Of a DNA stretch of 46,051 nucleotides, positions 44,249-46,051 are shown piece after piece. The stretch's first letter is position 1; each line of letters opens with the position of its first letter. The DNA comes from a virus. Its lineage: Duplodnaviria > Heunggongvirae > Uroviricota > Caudoviricetes. The stretch lies in IMG/VR virus record IMGVR_UViG_3300010275_000216; one strand, given 5' to 3'. Made by a program: the position numbers and the translations under genes. The notes beneath the pieces are model-generated. The model was not told the origin of the DNA. It did not search any database and worked only from the letters and a program-made list of their open reading frames with translations.

Positions 44249-44320
44249 TGTTCAACTGTCGCCGGTTGTGACTGGTATTCTGCAACCGGCGCTCGTCTGA
44301 TGTAAGAGATAAAGAAATCG

Positions 44321-44572
44321 ATGAGCGAAGTAATCATGATTGTCTCTCCCGGCAAATGGGTATCCGAAGAGCAGTTAATTGCGCTGAAAGGAATAAAAAA
44401 AGGTACGTTAAAAAAGGCCCGGGAAAAATCGTTTATGGAAGGAAGGGAATATAAGCATGTCGCTCATGACGGTATGCCATGGGATAACAGTCCATGCTTT
44501 TACAACCTGGAAGAAATTGATCGCTGGATTGAGCGCCAGGCATCAGCGAGACCAAGACGTCATCTTACTTGA
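44321..44572 (+). CDS. xis: putative excisionase / DNA-binding protein (83 aa)
   Basis: Small gene immediately upstream of and co-oriented with integrase. Confidence 0.5.
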   Translation: MSEVIMIVSPGKWVSEEQLIALKGIKKGTLKKAREKSFMEGREYKHVAHDGMPWDNSPCFYNLEEIDRWIERQASARPRRHLT

Positions 44573-44606
44573 CTAAAAGCCACACTAACTAATGAGAGAA
44601 GTTGAA

Positions 44607-45887
44607 ATGAAATATCCGACAGGCGTGGAAAACCATGGAGGGAAATTACGTATCTGGTTTGTTTATAAAGGCGTAAGAGTCAGGGAAAATCTGGGGGTTC
44701 CTGACACAGCAAAAAACAGGCGCGTTGCAGGTGAACTACGCTCCTCTGTTTGTTACGCAATAAAAACTGGTGTTTTCGACTATGCAAAACAGTTTCCCTC
44801 CTCACGCAATCTGGAAAAATTTGGTGAGGCCCGACAAGATTTAACCATAAAAGAACTGGCTGAAAAATTTCTGGCACTGAAAGAAACTGAAGTCGCCAAA
44901 ACATCACTCAACACATACCGTGCCGTCATCAAAAATATCCTGAGCATAATCGGTGAAAAAAATCTTGCCTCATCGATTAATAAAGAAAAATTACTGGAGG
45001 TTCGTAAAGAGCTACTGACTGGATACCAGATCCCCAAAAGTAACTATATTGTTACACAACCAGGGAGATCGGCTGTAACTGTAAATAATTACATGACAAA
45101 TCTTAACGCCGTGTTCCAGTTTGGTGTTGATAACGGTTACCTGCCAGATAATCCGTTTAAGGGGATCTCGCCATTAAAGGAATCAAGAACCATTCCGGAT
45201 CCTCTTTCGCGGGAGGAATTTATCCGTCTTATCGATGCGTGCAGAAATCAGCAAGCAAAAAATTTATGGTGTGTTTCTGTTTATACTGGCGTTCGCCCTG
45301 GTGAGCTGTGTGCACTTGGATGGGAGGACATAGATCTGAAAAATGGAACAATGATGATCAGGAGAAATTTAGCAAAAGACCGTTTCACGGTACCAAAAAC
45401 ACAGGCGGGAACCAATCGGGTCATTCATCTTATTAAGCCAGCAATCGACGCTCTCCGGAGTCAGATGACATTAACGAGACTGAGCAAAGAGCATATCATT
45501 GATGTTCACCTCAGAGAGTATGGCAGAACAGAAAAACAAAAATGCACCTTTGTTTTTCAACCTGAAGTGTCAGCGAGAGTAAAAAATTATGGTGACCATT
45601 TTACCGTTGACTCAATAAGGCAGATGTGGGACGCAGCGATAAAACGTGCCGGACTCCGCCATCGAAAATCATATCAGTCGAGACATACTTATGCCTGCTG
45701 GTCGCTGACAGCTGGTGCTAACCCGGCATTTATAGCAAACCAGATGGGCCATGCAGATGCGCAAATGGTATTTCAGGTATACGGAAAATGGATGTCTGAA
45801 AACAATAATGCACAGGTAGCTTTGTTAAATACACAGTTAAGCGAGTTTGCCCCAACCATGCCCCATAACGAAGCAATGAAAAATTAA
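44607..45887 (+). CDS. int: tyrosine recombinase / phage integrase
   Basis: C-terminal catalytic region with R...HxxR...Y (SRHTYACW, GHAD...VYGKW); ATG 44607 with GAGAGAAG SD; outermost gene, transcribed toward window end. Confidence 0.85.
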   Translation: MKYPTGVENHGGKLRIWFVYKGVRVRENLGVPDTAKNRRVAGELRSSVCYAIKTGVFDYAKQFPSSRNLEKFGEARQDLTIKELAEKFLALKETEVAKTSLNTYRAVIKNILSIIGEKNLASSINKEKLLEVRKELLTGYQIPKSNYIVTQPGRSAVTVNNYMTNLNAVFQFGVDNGYLPDNPFKGISPLKESRTIPDPLSREEFIRLIDACRNQQAKNLWCVSVYTGVRPGELCALGWEDIDLKNGTMMIRRNLAKDRFTVPKTQAGTNRVIHLIKPAIDALRSQMTLTRLSKEHIIDVHLREYGRTEKQKCTFVFQPEVSARVKNYGDHFTVDSIRQMWDAAIKRAGLRHRKSYQSRHTYACWSLTAGANPAFIANQMGHADAQMVFQVYGKWMSENNNAQVALLNTQLSEFAPTMPHNEAMKN

Positions 45888-46051
45888 TTTAATATTTATC
45901 AAATAGTTGACACGTATGACTCTTGAAATCCATAAATTCAAGCGCAGTGCCCAACCATCCCGATACTGCTGCTTTCACCAAATCCTTAGTACTTCTTTCG
46001 TGTTTTTCTATTGTCATAATGGTTATCTCTAAAAAAGAGGTAAGATGCGTA

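Overview
Nearly the whole window is one lambdoid, cos-packaging prophage with the gene order of the E. coli Qin/Rac prophages, apparently intact. Late and structural genes run on the minus strand from about 24.7 kb down to 2.1 kb: terminase small and large subunits, W-like connector, portal, ClpP-like protease fused to major capsid, decoration-like and FII-like proteins, then lambda-type tail genes Z-U-V-G/T-H-M-L-K-I-J, the lom moron, side tail fibre stf and tfa. A Pin-family invertase and a ydfK-like gene lie at the low-coordinate end. Upstream of a lambda-like cosN (about 24.9 kb) are ynfO/ydfO/gnsB-like genes, cspI, a lysis cassette (pinholin, ydfR-like, SAR endolysin, Rz with embedded Rz1), a moron island with cspB and cspF, antiterminator Q, ydfU, a hok-type toxin gene, a QueH-like (DUF208) gene, a replication-initiator-like gene, a DicA/DicC-type immunity switch, the ydfA-ydfBC-dicF-dicB-ydfD operon, an 823-aa protein with a C-terminal DnaQ-like exonuclease domain, and xis-int at the high-coordinate end. 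No tRNA, rRNA or CRISPR array was seen. All identifications rest on reading the translations and on recalled family signatures; no database search was run. Coordinates of motifs read directly from the sequence (terminators, operators, cosN, small ORFs) may be off by 1-2 nt. Several ORF-track starts are non-ATG (GTG/TTG) and were re-set to the nearest plausible ATG with a Shine-Dalgarno where one exists.
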